Shown here one piece after another: positions 1 through 11,896 of a DNA stretch of 38,546 nt (positions within the stretch are counted from its first letter, which is position 1; the number at the start of each line of letters is the position of its first letter). The stretch comes from Trichomonas gallinae (taxonomy: Eukaryota). Position numbers and translations under genes: made by a program. The stretch covers positions 1 through 38,546 of the forward strand of contig MRSU01002557.1 of the NCBI GenBank assembly GCA_008369845.1, given 5' to 3'. Under the pieces are notes generated by a model. The model was not told where the DNA came from. It saw only the letters and a list, made by a program, of their open reading frames with translations, and did not search any database.

Positions 1-680
1 AATACATTTAAACTAAATGATAAATTCAATATCTCTCAATCTGAAATTGACTTTTTGAGACCTATGCATTGACAGCGGAATCAGATGTATTGAAAGCTAT
101 GCATATCATGACTTCAAAGCATATGCAACATATTTCACACATATTTATTATCTTACATATATCATTAATCATGATGTAAACCTATGTAACAAATTCTTTC
201 ATTAGTCAAATATGATAAACATATTATAATTACTTGCTGTGTTGGAAAAACTCATATAGAAGGCCTTTACTAATGAAAAATCATTTCCAAAAGCGTCAAT
301 ATTGAGAAAATGAAAAGATGTAAGATAAGATAATTGAATCGAAATTGAAGTTTTCAATATCTTATATTACTCCCCCATTAGAACCATTTGGAGCAAACTA
401 ACATCATTTATGGTCGATTTCGTTGTATATTTTAAACAGATTACTTTTCTGTTTGATGGGCGCAATAATACACATTATTAGAGCATTAGAAATCCCAAAA
501 GTGTGGTTCCACTGATTCCATAACCTTTCCATCGATTCAGATAGCATTCACAAAAAATTATTTTCGGGTTATTCGACTCTCATACACGCATAGATTGTAA
601 ATTGATGAATAAGAACTTATAGGAAATCAATAGAAAATGTTTCTGAAATAAATATTCGGCACTTTTTGACATTGAGAGTA

Positions 681-965
681 CATTGAATTTGATAATTCGT
701 ATTTACATCATATATATTATTATAATCAATATTTCATTTTTATTTATTTCAATAAAAATTTAATAATTCGTATTTATATTATATACAAACAAATAATTAA
801 TATTTCATTTTTAAATTATTTTCATTGAAAATTATTTAATTCGTATTTATATCATATACAATGAAATAATCAATATTTCGTTTTAAGTTATTTTCATTGA
901 AAATTTGATAATATGTATTTATATTATATATGGTCATATAATCAATATTTTATTTTTATATTTTT
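681..965. repeat. Degenerate AT-rich tandem repeat, ~72-bp unit, ~4 copies
   Basis: Anchor ATAATTCGTATTTA (or variant) recurs at ~692, 763, 836, 908, each followed by ATAATCAATATTTC-like and TTTCATTGAAAA-like segments. Confidence 0.85.
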
Positions 966-1245
966 GAAAGAAAAATACAAAATTTGTTAAATCTTAATTA
1001 TTATATATAGTATTACGAAATTCAATAATTACAGAAAATTTTGCGTCTTCTGTTGAAAAGTATAAACGCGATAATAATGATCTGCTTATTATACTGTTGC
1101 TACGATATATAATCCACATCAATTCAAATATTTAATCGGATTTCTGAAAAATCTCATGACTTGTGTTATTTTGTCTTACATTGCAGAATATTCGTGAAAT
1201 ATTTTTGAACGGTTGAAATAAGCATCAAAAAACACATTGAATTTA

Positions 1246-1785
1246 ATGAAGTGCCAGCATCAACACAAGCATATGGAATGCGATTGCCACTGCGTCTGCA
1301 TAAGAGCTAGCAAGGTTCATGAGATGAAATCGAAATGCTGTCAGGCAGAGAAGTTTAAAAAATACTTTTTTGATGATACACCATCCTACATATTGAAGCC
1401 ACAAGGCATTGAAATATCCTCTCCTAATGTTTTGGCAGTGTTTTCCTTGATTGACAGCTGTTATGAACTTGTTTGCACAAAATGTCACAGCAGCTTCAGG
1501 ATTATCACATGCAGACAATCAGCGTTGATACAGCGCATAAATATGACCCCAAATATTAAGCGTATGCTGCATAATAACACTTCTATTTTGAGCACCACAT
1601 TTCCTTTCCAGCTCCGACCATTCATCAAGATTTTGCTGTCTTCACAGTCAATGCCGAAGCTGCTTAACAATGAAGAGGTAATTGAAGAGTGTGAGGAAGA
1701 AGATAATTATATCCACAGCGCTGACTGCATCAAGTCGTACCTTCCCATAGTTGGTGACATTCCCAGTGGATTCTTGGTGCTATAA
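1246..1785 (+). CDS. Hypothetical Cys/His-rich protein, possible Zn-binding
   Basis: Track ORF opens at TTG 1237; first ATG at 1246 (MKCQHQHKH). CDCHCVC and CTKCH motifs, acidic C-terminal stretch; more GC-rich than flanks. Confidence 0.75.
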   Translation: MKCQHQHKHMECDCHCVCIRASKVHEMKSKCCQAEKFKKYFFDDTPSYILKPQGIEISSPNVLAVFSLIDSCYELVCTKCHSSFRIITCRQSALIQRINMTPNIKRMLHNNTSILSTTFPFQLRPFIKILLSSQSMPKLLNNEEVIEECEEEDNYIHSADCIKSYLPIVGDIPSGFLVL

Positions 1786-1995
1786 CCATGGCTCAAAATG
1801 GTCTTTTATTTTATATGAACTTCAACATATTGGAAATTGAATAGGTGAAGAATGTTTCCGGATGCTAGTCCAGGCATAGATGCTGATAATTGGGTTTTTA
1901 ACTTTAATCAGCTACATTCGAAACGTATTTTCATCATTCACTGAAGCACGCAGACTTTTCCAGTGCTATTGGGTTCAATTAAGCCACGTGTTATA
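1781..1995 (+). ncRNA. Candidate structured RNA element (3' UTR element or ncRNA), unclassified
   Basis: Nested complementary segments: 1781-1793/1982-1995, 1816-1825/1969-1977, 1838-1864/1915-1940 (about 25 bp with four G-U pairs), 1882-1887/1907-1912, 1945-1949/1963-1967. Confidence 0.5.
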
Positions 1996-2344
1996 ATTGT
2001 TTTGATGTTTTAGAATCTATATATAATTTGTTTGTAAATTATTAGATTTGTTTTAGTAAAGTGTTATTAAATTAAAACAGAAACAGGATTAATATTTTAT
2101 TAGGCTATTTTCCTATTATCTTTGAGATGAATGCACAATATTTAAATTTTAAAATCGAAACAATTGATTATCAATATCTTGTAAAAGAAAACATTAAATT
2201 GAACGATATACAGTCTCACTCTGCCTTTATATCAATTGGATTATACGCATTTGCAGGAAGAACATCATTCACTTCGATAACTAATGATTTGTATAAGAAT
2301 TCTCATGCTCTGATTTTGTGACTTCATTACTATGAGTTTTTTGC

Positions 2345-2352
2345 TCATTTTT
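2345..2352 (+). promoter_or_regulatory. Initiator (Inr) element TCATTTTT
   Basis: Matches trichomonad Inr consensus TCA(T/C)(T/A), 24 nt upstream of ATG 2369. Confidence 0.55.
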
Positions 2353-2368
2353 TTTGTATGCTCGAATA

Positions 2369-3559
2369 ATGAAAAATGCTGAAACCGAAGATAAAAGCAA
2401 AATCATTGAAGCAACAGAAGAAATCACAAATATCGAAAATATAGATAAAATACATCAAGCTTTAGCTTTGATGGCGTCAAATGAGTTCAATCCGGAAATC
2501 TCTGACTTATTTTTAGAGATTTGTACCGATTTAACAGAACCAGAAGAATATGGACTATGCATATATCTCTTTAATCTATATAAGCTTACAAAAGATCCAA
2601 AAATCTTTCAAAATTTATTCAAAATCTCTTTAACCCCTGCATTTCCCGTTGATGACTTTGTTGATATTAACATAATGCAGGATTTAATAACGATTGGAGT
2701 TGATATTGGGTCCGATCTTTGCTTTTACGCGATTTCAATAATTGACATAATTTTATCAAAAACAGAACCAAGAAAATATCTCGAAGAAACAGATTTTTAC
2801 AAAAGTTTACTGATATTTAGTCTTAACTTTGAGCTCTCAGGTCTTCTTGTTAATTTATTAAAATCAGAAGATGAAATTTCAAACGAAATAGCCAACATTT
2901 CTGCATCTGTTTTAGAATTTATTAGGTCAACAGATGCAAAGCAGCAAATAAATGGACTAATTGCGCTCGCATTTTTATACAAACATAATATTAAGCTTGA
3001 TTCGAAATATATATACGAATGTTTGGAGAGGTTTGGTAGAGATGCAACCATAGAGCTATCTTATTGGCTCATATTTCTATTAGCCCATCTCGATGAATTT
3101 CCAAGAGAATATTTACCAGCATTGATACAATTACTAGAATATAAAGAGCTACAAGACTCCATTCTCGCTGTTCTTACTCGGTTTCGTGAGCAATTTTCGC
3201 AAGAAGAAATTAATTTTGTAATAGAAAGCATATTAGAATCAATTGACAACTTCGCGTTTAAAGTTAAACACAAAGCGTTTCTCCTTTTGCTGGATATCAT
3301 CGACTTTCAGACGTTTTTTTCGGCAACATTATTTTCTAACTTGGTTTCAGCTTTGCAGGAGAATGTCATGCCTAGCAGTTATCTTTCTAGCATCATGAAG
3401 ATACTTGCTTCACCAGCAGCAACTCCACAGCAACAACTTCAAATGTATGAAATAATTCGAGAAAATATTTCAACGTTTCAGGATCTAGCAGAAAATAATG
3501 ATGAAATGGTATCACAGTTTGCATCTGTTATAATACAAAACATTTGTCCAGATATATAA
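2369..3559 (+). CDS. Divergent ARM/HEAT-repeat alpha-solenoid protein
   Basis: Long ORF (first in-frame ATG 2369), Leu/Ile-rich amphipathic helices, ARM-like C-terminus FQDLAENNDEMVSQFASVII. Confidence 0.75.
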   Translation: MKNAETEDKSKIIEATEEITNIENIDKIHQALALMASNEFNPEISDLFLEICTDLTEPEEYGLCIYLFNLYKLTKDPKIFQNLFKISLTPAFPVDDFVDINIMQDLITIGVDIGSDLCFYAISIIDIILSKTEPRKYLEETDFYKSLLIFSLNFELSGLLVNLLKSEDEISNEIANISASVLEFIRSTDAKQQINGLIALAFLYKHNIKLDSKYIYECLERFGRDATIELSYWLIFLLAHLDEFPREYLPALIQLLEYKELQDSILAVLTRFREQFSQEEINFVIESILESIDNFAFKVKHKAFLLLLDIIDFQTFFSATLFSNLVSALQENVMPSSYLSSIMKILASPAATPQQQLQMYEIIRENISTFQDLAENNDEMVSQFASVIIQNICPDI

Positions 3560-3902
3560 TTTTGTTTGTTATAAACTTTTTTGTTTATTATGCATTTATA
3601 CTATTAGTCATTTATATATACTGAGTCTAATTCGATCAAATACGAACCAATTTTGGCAATATCTAAAAAAGAAAGAAATATAAAATCGAATTAGAGTGCA
3701 ATATTTAACTGAATATAACCTATACTGTTCATACAATTAACTCATTAAAACGATAATCAGATGCGTAATGAATTCAAATTGCAAGTTCAAGGCCATAAGC
3801 TGCGATATAAATTATAATGGTATGGAGACAATGCTTGCATGTTGTAAAACAAATTCTGTCAAAAATGAGAGAGAATTTCGTCTAATCCTTTTCACAGCTT
3901 TA

Positions 3903-4790
3903 GTGCTTTTTTTCTTTGTCCGAATTTCTCTCTCTTCACAACGATGCAAGCGCCTGGAACCGATTTATTGACGAAAATATTCAGTATACGTCTTACAACG
4001 AAACACAAGAATCGAAAATCAGCAATCCTGGGAATATCTACGTTTTCCTTGCTAGATTCATTGATTGCATCCCGATGAATCTATTAGAGTCACAAATAAT
4101 GATTTGACTTCCGAATCCTTCTTTTCTAGTTCATATTCCACTGGAAATGGTGGATCCATCTACGTCAAAGGTGGCTCCTGCATCCAATACCGCATCTGCA
4201 GCATAAATTCTACGATTCCTGATCACAATCAATATGTATATGGTTGTCACTCATGTGTTTGGACAAAAGAAGAAAGTTATATTATTCAAAGTTCTCTTTC
4301 GAAAAGCAAAGGGTATGAAAGTTGTATTAACCTTGGTGGTGGAAGTCAGCTCTTTGATTCCACAAATATTTCTTATGCTAGATGTGTTTTCAATGCTGCT
4401 TATGCTTGTTATGAATATCCATATCATCATCTAATAAATTTCACATCAATATTTAATAATACTTATTTGAATCAATTGTATCATGGATCATGTTTCAAAT
4501 AATCAATCTGTTTCTCACTGCAATATTATTAATAACACTCAAAACAGAAAAGAATATAATTATGGAAAGTTCTATTTTTCTCATCAAATTCTGGCCCATC
4601 TTTGTTCTTCAAAGTGGGAGGAAATTTTGTTGTTGATCAATGTTTTCTTGATGATAACAACAATGTTAACAGAACAACATGGGTTAAATATGTTAGCATT
4701 AATGTAACAAGTCAACTTACTGTCAACCTTTCTACAGAAGAATGCGAAACCAAACTCCCATTTATGAATATAAAGAATAAAACACACTAG
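3903..4790 (+). pseudogene. Frameshifted pseudogene of a secreted/surface hypothetical protein family (GGSIY, Asn/Ser/Cys-rich)
   Basis: Consecutive overlapping ORF fragments in different frames: signal-like (V)LFFFVRISLS from GTG 3903, then 3916-4107, 4065-4502, 4483-, 4602-4790, with uniform composition. Confidence 0.65.
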
Positions 4791-5344
4791 ATTCACATTA
4801 TATTCCATTTTAATTTTTATTTTTCATTTTCATTAGTAAAAAGACTTGATTGTCATATTTAATCGTTTTTTATAGTTATATATAAAATAGCTTTTGTAAA
4901 ATGTGAGTGTGCGGAATCATATATAATTTAATTCATGAGAATATGTTTGAGTGTCTATATTAAATAGTGCATATTCTGAGTATGATTGTTTAGCGTACCA
5001 CATTGAAAATTGCATCCATTTGATAATTTTAAGAATTTACGGGCGTGATAGCAAATTATAAAAATGCATTAAAAGAATCATCAACATGATTATCATTATT
5101 TTAGATTGAATTTAAATTGAATCAAAAATAATCGATTTGTCAATTTTATTTTGGCAAAATTCATCAGTCATTATTTCAAACAAATTTATCTCTTCATTGG
5201 ATATAGTTAAATCAATTATAATTAAACATATTAATATATGGGAAAGCGTGCTATAATATACTATTAGTTACATGTTTCTATTTTGCTTGTTTCATCATTT
5301 TTTTGTTGCATTTTTTGCCCGAGAAAAAATATTAATAAAAAACT

Positions 5345-6883
5345 ATGAGGCGAATTCAGCTGACTTCAAACTTTCTTCCTAGCAACAAAAAAGACGCCAA
5401 GTCACTGAGCTTTGGCTTAATAATTGAACCGCCTAAGATAAATAATATAGAATGCGCCGAAAATCCATTATTAACTTGCACAACTTGCGGTGCATGCTAT
5501 AAAAACGGCACAAGTTGTCCTATTTGCAATTTAGGATCTATAAAACCAATAAGTTCGTGTTTTGTTGAAGAATATTGCTATCGAAATCAAGATTTACAAA
5601 ATAAAACTCGTTTAATTTGCTTCATTTTCGATTTATCAATACCTGGTGCGCTTCTACAATGCACAATATCGTCTTTAATGGAAGATTCTTTTGTCCAAAC
5701 CCTTGGAAGTGACAAATTTATTTTAATTTTCAACGAAAAGAACCCAATTTTCATATGCAAGAAACATGGAATACTACACATGCAGATAGGCCTCGTGGAA
5801 GATGAACCAATCAATTATATCTTTCCTGCGTCATCATTACCAGAAATTTTCGAAGAAGTTCTTGTTCTGATATCGACGTTTGGATTCCAGACATCTACAG
5901 ACAAATCTATATCATCTATATTTGATTCTCTCAAATATTGGAAACCAGAAAAAATAATCTTCTTTTATTCGAACACGATTCCTGTCTTGCAGAATATTCC
6001 ATACGTCGTCAACTGCATCAACGTGTGCTCTCCATCAAATAAGTCACACACGCCGTTCTCAGTGTTTTACGCAAACAAGTTTTCGATGCTGCAAATTCAG
6101 CAAACGTCGAGGAACATCAACGCATATTTATCGATGATCCTCGACAAAAACATACCATCTTGCTACCAAACTCTTATCATCGTTTCGAACGGCCTCAACA
6201 TCGAGTGGGTCTCAGGACCTTTCGAAGAGATCTGCAAACGATCACGCTCGATTGCGATCGGCTCATCTTTCAATCACGCGCTCAACTCGATAATGTGCGC
6301 ACTCTCGATCTCAGGGAACTTCAAGAACGTTGATACATTCGCTGTCCAGATCGCATCTCAAGGAGAGAATGGCTCAGTTTATGTCGCAAACAACTACTTC
6401 AGGAAGGCAGCATCCCCGCACGAGTTCGACCTTTCGTTCAACTTCTACGCATACGGGATAATGCACCTGAGGCAGTCCGCCGTCGAATACTTCGCGAGCA
6501 GAGGATTCTTCGATCGCAGGTTCCAGTGGGATTCAAAGCACATCCCTTACGACGAGGACTCTAAGAGTTTTGTCAGGCGTCTGATCAAAAGGTTCAACGG
6601 CGTGATTTCTCCGCAGAGCCCATTAACTGCAACACAGATAGAGTACTTCTTGTTCCTGATCAACAACCTCGGAATATCTTTCATCAGCGACGTGATAAAC
6701 AACTTGATTGCTCCTCCGAACGACGAATACATCCTGATCCCTCCTTTCTTGTTCTACGTGAAAGACTCTAAGCCAGAGAAGCACGAAGACTTCGACCTTC
6801 TGAAAGGTGGCGCCATCATCATTACAGAATACTTGGAATCTCTCGCATTCGATCGACTGTTAACAATTATTTCCATGCAATGA
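5345..6883 (+). CDS. Highly divergent Sec23/Sec24-like protein (Zn finger plus vWA-like trunk)
   Basis: N-terminal RIQLTSNFLP..FGLIIEP, CTTCGACY..CPICN zinc finger, then ICFIFDLS, the order seen in Sec23/24. Confidence 0.6.
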   Translation: MRRIQLTSNFLPSNKKDAKSLSFGLIIEPPKINNIECAENPLLTCTTCGACYKNGTSCPICNLGSIKPISSCFVEEYCYRNQDLQNKTRLICFIFDLSIPGALLQCTISSLMEDSFVQTLGSDKFILIFNEKNPIFICKKHGILHMQIGLVEDEPINYIFPASSLPEIFEEVLVLISTFGFQTSTDKSISSIFDSLKYWKPEKIIFFYSNTIPVLQNIPYVVNCINVCSPSNKSHTPFSVFYANKFSMLQIQQTSRNINAYLSMILDKNIPSCYQTLIIVSNGLNIEWVSGPFEEICKRSRSIAIGSSFNHALNSIMCALSISGNFKNVDTFAVQIASQGENGSVYVANNYFRKAASPHEFDLSFNFYAYGIMHLRQSAVEYFASRGFFDRRFQWDSKHIPYDEDSKSFVRRLIKRFNGVISPQSPLTATQIEYFLFLINNLGISFISDVINNLIAPPNDEYILIPPFLFYVKDSKPEKHEDFDLLKGGAIIITEYLESLAFDRLLTIISMQ

Positions 6884-7301
6884 TTTTTTTTTTCATTATT
6901 AAATTTATGTTTGTTATTTTATTTGAAACGCATCATTTTATTATATTTCTCATTCAAAACATTCTGATAAAATGAAAAGTCAATAATATTGTATTTCAGC
7001 AATATGAATGTATTCATATGAATGTATATAATCTATGGATCCAGTTGGACCATTGTATCATTAATACTATTTTTCGATAATTTTAGATTTTTCATTAAAA
7101 TGCATAATCATCTACAAAAGAGCATGTGGGCGACTAGTGTACTATGTATTGCATTTACAAATGGTTTTCGTGTTTTCGAATTTTCATCAAACGAAACTTC
7201 TCAAAATGCTGCATAGCTAGCTACAGTGCATTACATATTTATCAAATTTGTTCGCAAAAACCGAAAGAGGGAACCAAAACGCATGAAATGGTGGATAAAT
7301 T

Positions 7302-7417
7302 CTTTTCACAGCTTTAGTGCTTTCTTTCTATGCCAAAATTTCTCCATCATCACAACGATGACAGCACCTGGAGCCGATTTCTTGGTGAAAATGTTCCATA
7401 TACGCCTTAAAACGAAA
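7302..7417 (+). pseudogene. Second, more decayed copy of the 5' end of the 3903-4790 family
   Basis: Aligns with 3888-4003: shared CTTTTCACAGCTTTAGTGCTTT, CACAACGATG, CCTGGA.CCGATTT, TATACG.CTTA.AACGAAA. Confidence 0.75.
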
Positions 7418-8054
7418 AACATTACATGTTTTAATCATAATAATCTTTGTGAAATAATTCATTATATATGATATATTTCATCGAAAATAAATTTGATTCA
7501 ACATCAAAAATGACAAATCATATGTATAAATATTTGTGTATGTGCTGATTATGTCTGCTGTATGCACAAACATTGAGTATCACATTAATTTGCATTCAAA
7601 ACGAAATATCGTAATGTTCCCTGGAACTTCTAATCTTTAATGCATTGAATACAAAACAAATGTTTTCATTTTACTTCATTGTAATATGAAGAGTTCGAGT
7701 TCTATTTAAAATTCATTTTATGTTTTATTTGGTTCGTCAATATATGAAGAACAGAAATATGATATACACTATCAAATAGCATAAGAGTGATAACACCCAA
7801 TAATCCATGAATAATATTGTTTCATCATCAAAGAAATGTTTTCGCATATGTTTGTGAACTATAAAGTATCCATAATGGCAAATATATTATTAAGCTCGTT
7901 GAAATATTTTCGCATAAGATAAAAAAAAATGTTTCTAAGCAAAAAGTCAAACAATTACAGTGTGTAGTTAAAACTAGGAAAATACTTTGTTGTGCGATAT
8001 CATTTCTCCAAAACGACAAATTACAAGTTATTTGCTATAATAAAAAAGGAAGTT

Positions 8055-9776
<1,722 letters not shown>

Positions 9777-9949
9777 TCAATTATAAATGTTCGGTTCTCT
9801 TGGCATAATACTGCTCAACGCGCTACTCTTAGTGATGCGGATGGACTGGTGCGAATAGGGAAACAATTCCCAAAAAAAATTCCTCTGACCAAGAAAAATA
9901 ACAATAATCGTTTTCATCGTTCTTTTTGACAGCCCATACAAAATTAATA

Positions 9950-10165
9950 ACTTTTGTCATGTAAATCTCATAAATTTCGGTTCTGTCGCGTAAATGAGAC
10001 CAATTTATCAAAATTGCCATGTAAATTGTAACAATATTTCGTGTAAATGGGACCAATTTTTGAAAAATGATATGTAAATAGTAAAAATGTGTCATGTAAA
10101 TGAGACTAATTTACCAAAACTGTCACGTAAATGAGACTAATTTACCAAAATTGTCGTGTAAATAT
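9950..10165. repeat. Tandem array of ~31-bp units TGTCRYGTAAATGAGACYAATTTAYCAAAA upstream of cpn60
   Basis: GTAAA cores at 9961, 9990, 10021, 10043, 10074, 10096, 10127, 10158; last units nearly identical. Confidence 0.85.
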
Positions 10166-10449
10166 TAAAATATTAAAATATGTCGTGTTTTTATTAAAAT
10201 CTGCTGTGTAAAGTATTGCTAGCATAAAATCTATTATTAACAGTGCTCAGGTTTGGAACATACATATCATGATCTATTCATCAGTAAGAATGTATAGTGT
10301 CCCAATCCAGAAAGCAAATCTAATTTATTTTTATGATTTTTGGTAGAGATAAATATGTTATGTAAATTATCAATAGTAATTACTTTCCTGGTATCACATT
10401 TCGTTATATTGTATATTATAACAAATAATTACAAAAACATAATATTTTT

Positions 10450-11655
10450 TTACAGTACAGATTTGATGCAATCAGCTGGGGACTCTTTTGTTCTCGAAAT
10501 TCTAGACCTGACGAAGTCTGCTATCTTCTTCATCTCAGTCTGCGCGACTTCGGAAAGAATTTGCACGCACGGTTCTTGGGCACTGACGTAGCCTTCTTCA
10601 GACAGGATTTCTGCGACGAAAGCCTCAGTGGATTGAGCAATATATCTAAATGGAGTAGATGTCGGAATTTCGGCCGCCGTATTAAGATAAGCGAGCGGTA
10701 ATGCTTCCTGGTTACCGCATGTGAACATCATATCAGCGAGTGAATACTCATCGAACGCGTCTTTTTGGTCAGAGCCGAGTCTAGCAGCTAATCCAGATGG
10801 TGTCATAACGAAAGAAGCCCTGTCACCTATGCTGAGAGTCATCTGGTTGGCGAGTGCATCACCAATGACGCATTCCCATGGCGAAGGATGATCAATCTCT
10901 GGAGCAAGATTTGCTGATGATAAGATTTTCTTTGTTTCTTTGAATAAATTGCGCAATGACTCGAGTATATCGCTATCTAGAGAGATTTCAGGTAATTCGA
11001 ACTCGAATTCCGGATATTTTTCAATTATTTCTTTCAAGCTTTCTGTGCTCCCGACTTTAAGGTCTCTGAGTTGTGAATACAACTGTGTAACAACTAATGA
11101 TAGTCTTGGATCTGATTGCAATAAGAAATTATCGATTAATATATATAATTCGCGTAATTGTGGATATTGAAGGAATAACCATGGTCTTGAATTCTGATAA
11201 TATGCATCACACGCAAGAAGGAGTGGAACTAAATCGAATACAAATGTATCTGAGTAAATCCATGAATTTTCGTTTAATTTCCAATTTTCATCTTTCGATA
11301 AAATTTCGTGAATCATTTGTGGTGTTGTCACATTGATCATCCTCTCCTTAGGGGTGAAAGGAATGACGCCTATTGTCTGCTGATGCGCGTACCAGAATTG
11401 TTCGATCAGTGGATTTAAAGCTGCTTGCGGAAATTCTGATTCAGATAGCTGTATATGGGCGCATATTTTATGTGCTTCAAAAGAAATGCTTGAAGGAAGA
11501 TTATTCACTCGAAACCAAAAATCAGTTTTGTTTTCTGCAGACAATATCCACTTAAAAGAGTCTTCAAACGCTATACTCTTCTTAAGAAAGACAATGATTG
11601 ATTTTGGGACCCCGAAGCGCTGAGGCGCAGAGTACTCAAGATCGACGTCTTCCAT
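10450..11655 (-). CDS. Hypothetical protein with C-terminal bromodomain-associated (Spt7/TAF8-type) histone fold
   Basis: 401-aa ORF; VAEILSEEGYVSAQEPCVQILSEVAQ resembles the BTP histone-fold pattern VAxILxxxGFxxAxxSxLxxLTDVA. Confidence 0.6.
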   Translation of the reverse strand: MEDVDLEYSAPQRFGVPKSIIVFLKKSIAFEDSFKWILSAENKTDFWFRVNNLPSSISFEAHKICAHIQLSESEFPQAALNPLIEQFWYAHQQTIGVIPFTPKERMINVTTPQMIHEILSKDENWKLNENSWIYSDTFVFDLVPLLLACDAYYQNSRPWLFLQYPQLRELYILIDNFLLQSDPRLSLVVTQLYSQLRDLKVGSTESLKEIIEKYPEFEFELPEISLDSDILESLRNLFKETKKILSSANLAPEIDHPSPWECVIGDALANQMTLSIGDRASFVMTPSGLAARLGSDQKDAFDEYSLADMMFTCGNQEALPLAYLNTAAEIPTSTPFRYIAQSTEAFVAEILSEEGYVSAQEPCVQILSEVAQTEMKKIADFVRSRISRTKESPADCIKSVL

Positions 11656-11896
11656 ATAGTATGATTTTTTAAACCTATCTTAACAATATTTATTCCACGA
11701 AACTCATAAATACCAATATTTAATTATTTACTTAATATCCAGCTAAAAAAATTAATTTTATTTTTATTATTTCATTTTTATCAACTAAGATATTAAAAAA
11801 TAGTAAAATTTGTTGGTATTGGTTTGATTGAAAAACAAATTTTTAGATATTTCAAATATTATTAAATTTATACTTTAAACAAAAGTCATAATATAA

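Noticed and set aside
1..650. Possible decayed coding sequence
   Set aside because: No ORF or translatable motif I could assign.
1845..1944. C/D box snoRNA (GTGAAGA...CTGA) or hammerhead ribozyme (CTGATAA...GAAAC)
   Set aside because: Boxes deviate from consensus and are sequestered in stems; hammerhead core and stem order do not fit.
2127..2321. 64-aa ORF
   Set aside because: Short, AT-rich, no recognisable motif.
9950..10165. CRISPR-like array
   Set aside because: Eukaryotic context, no unique spacers, no cas genes; it is a degenerate tandem repeat.
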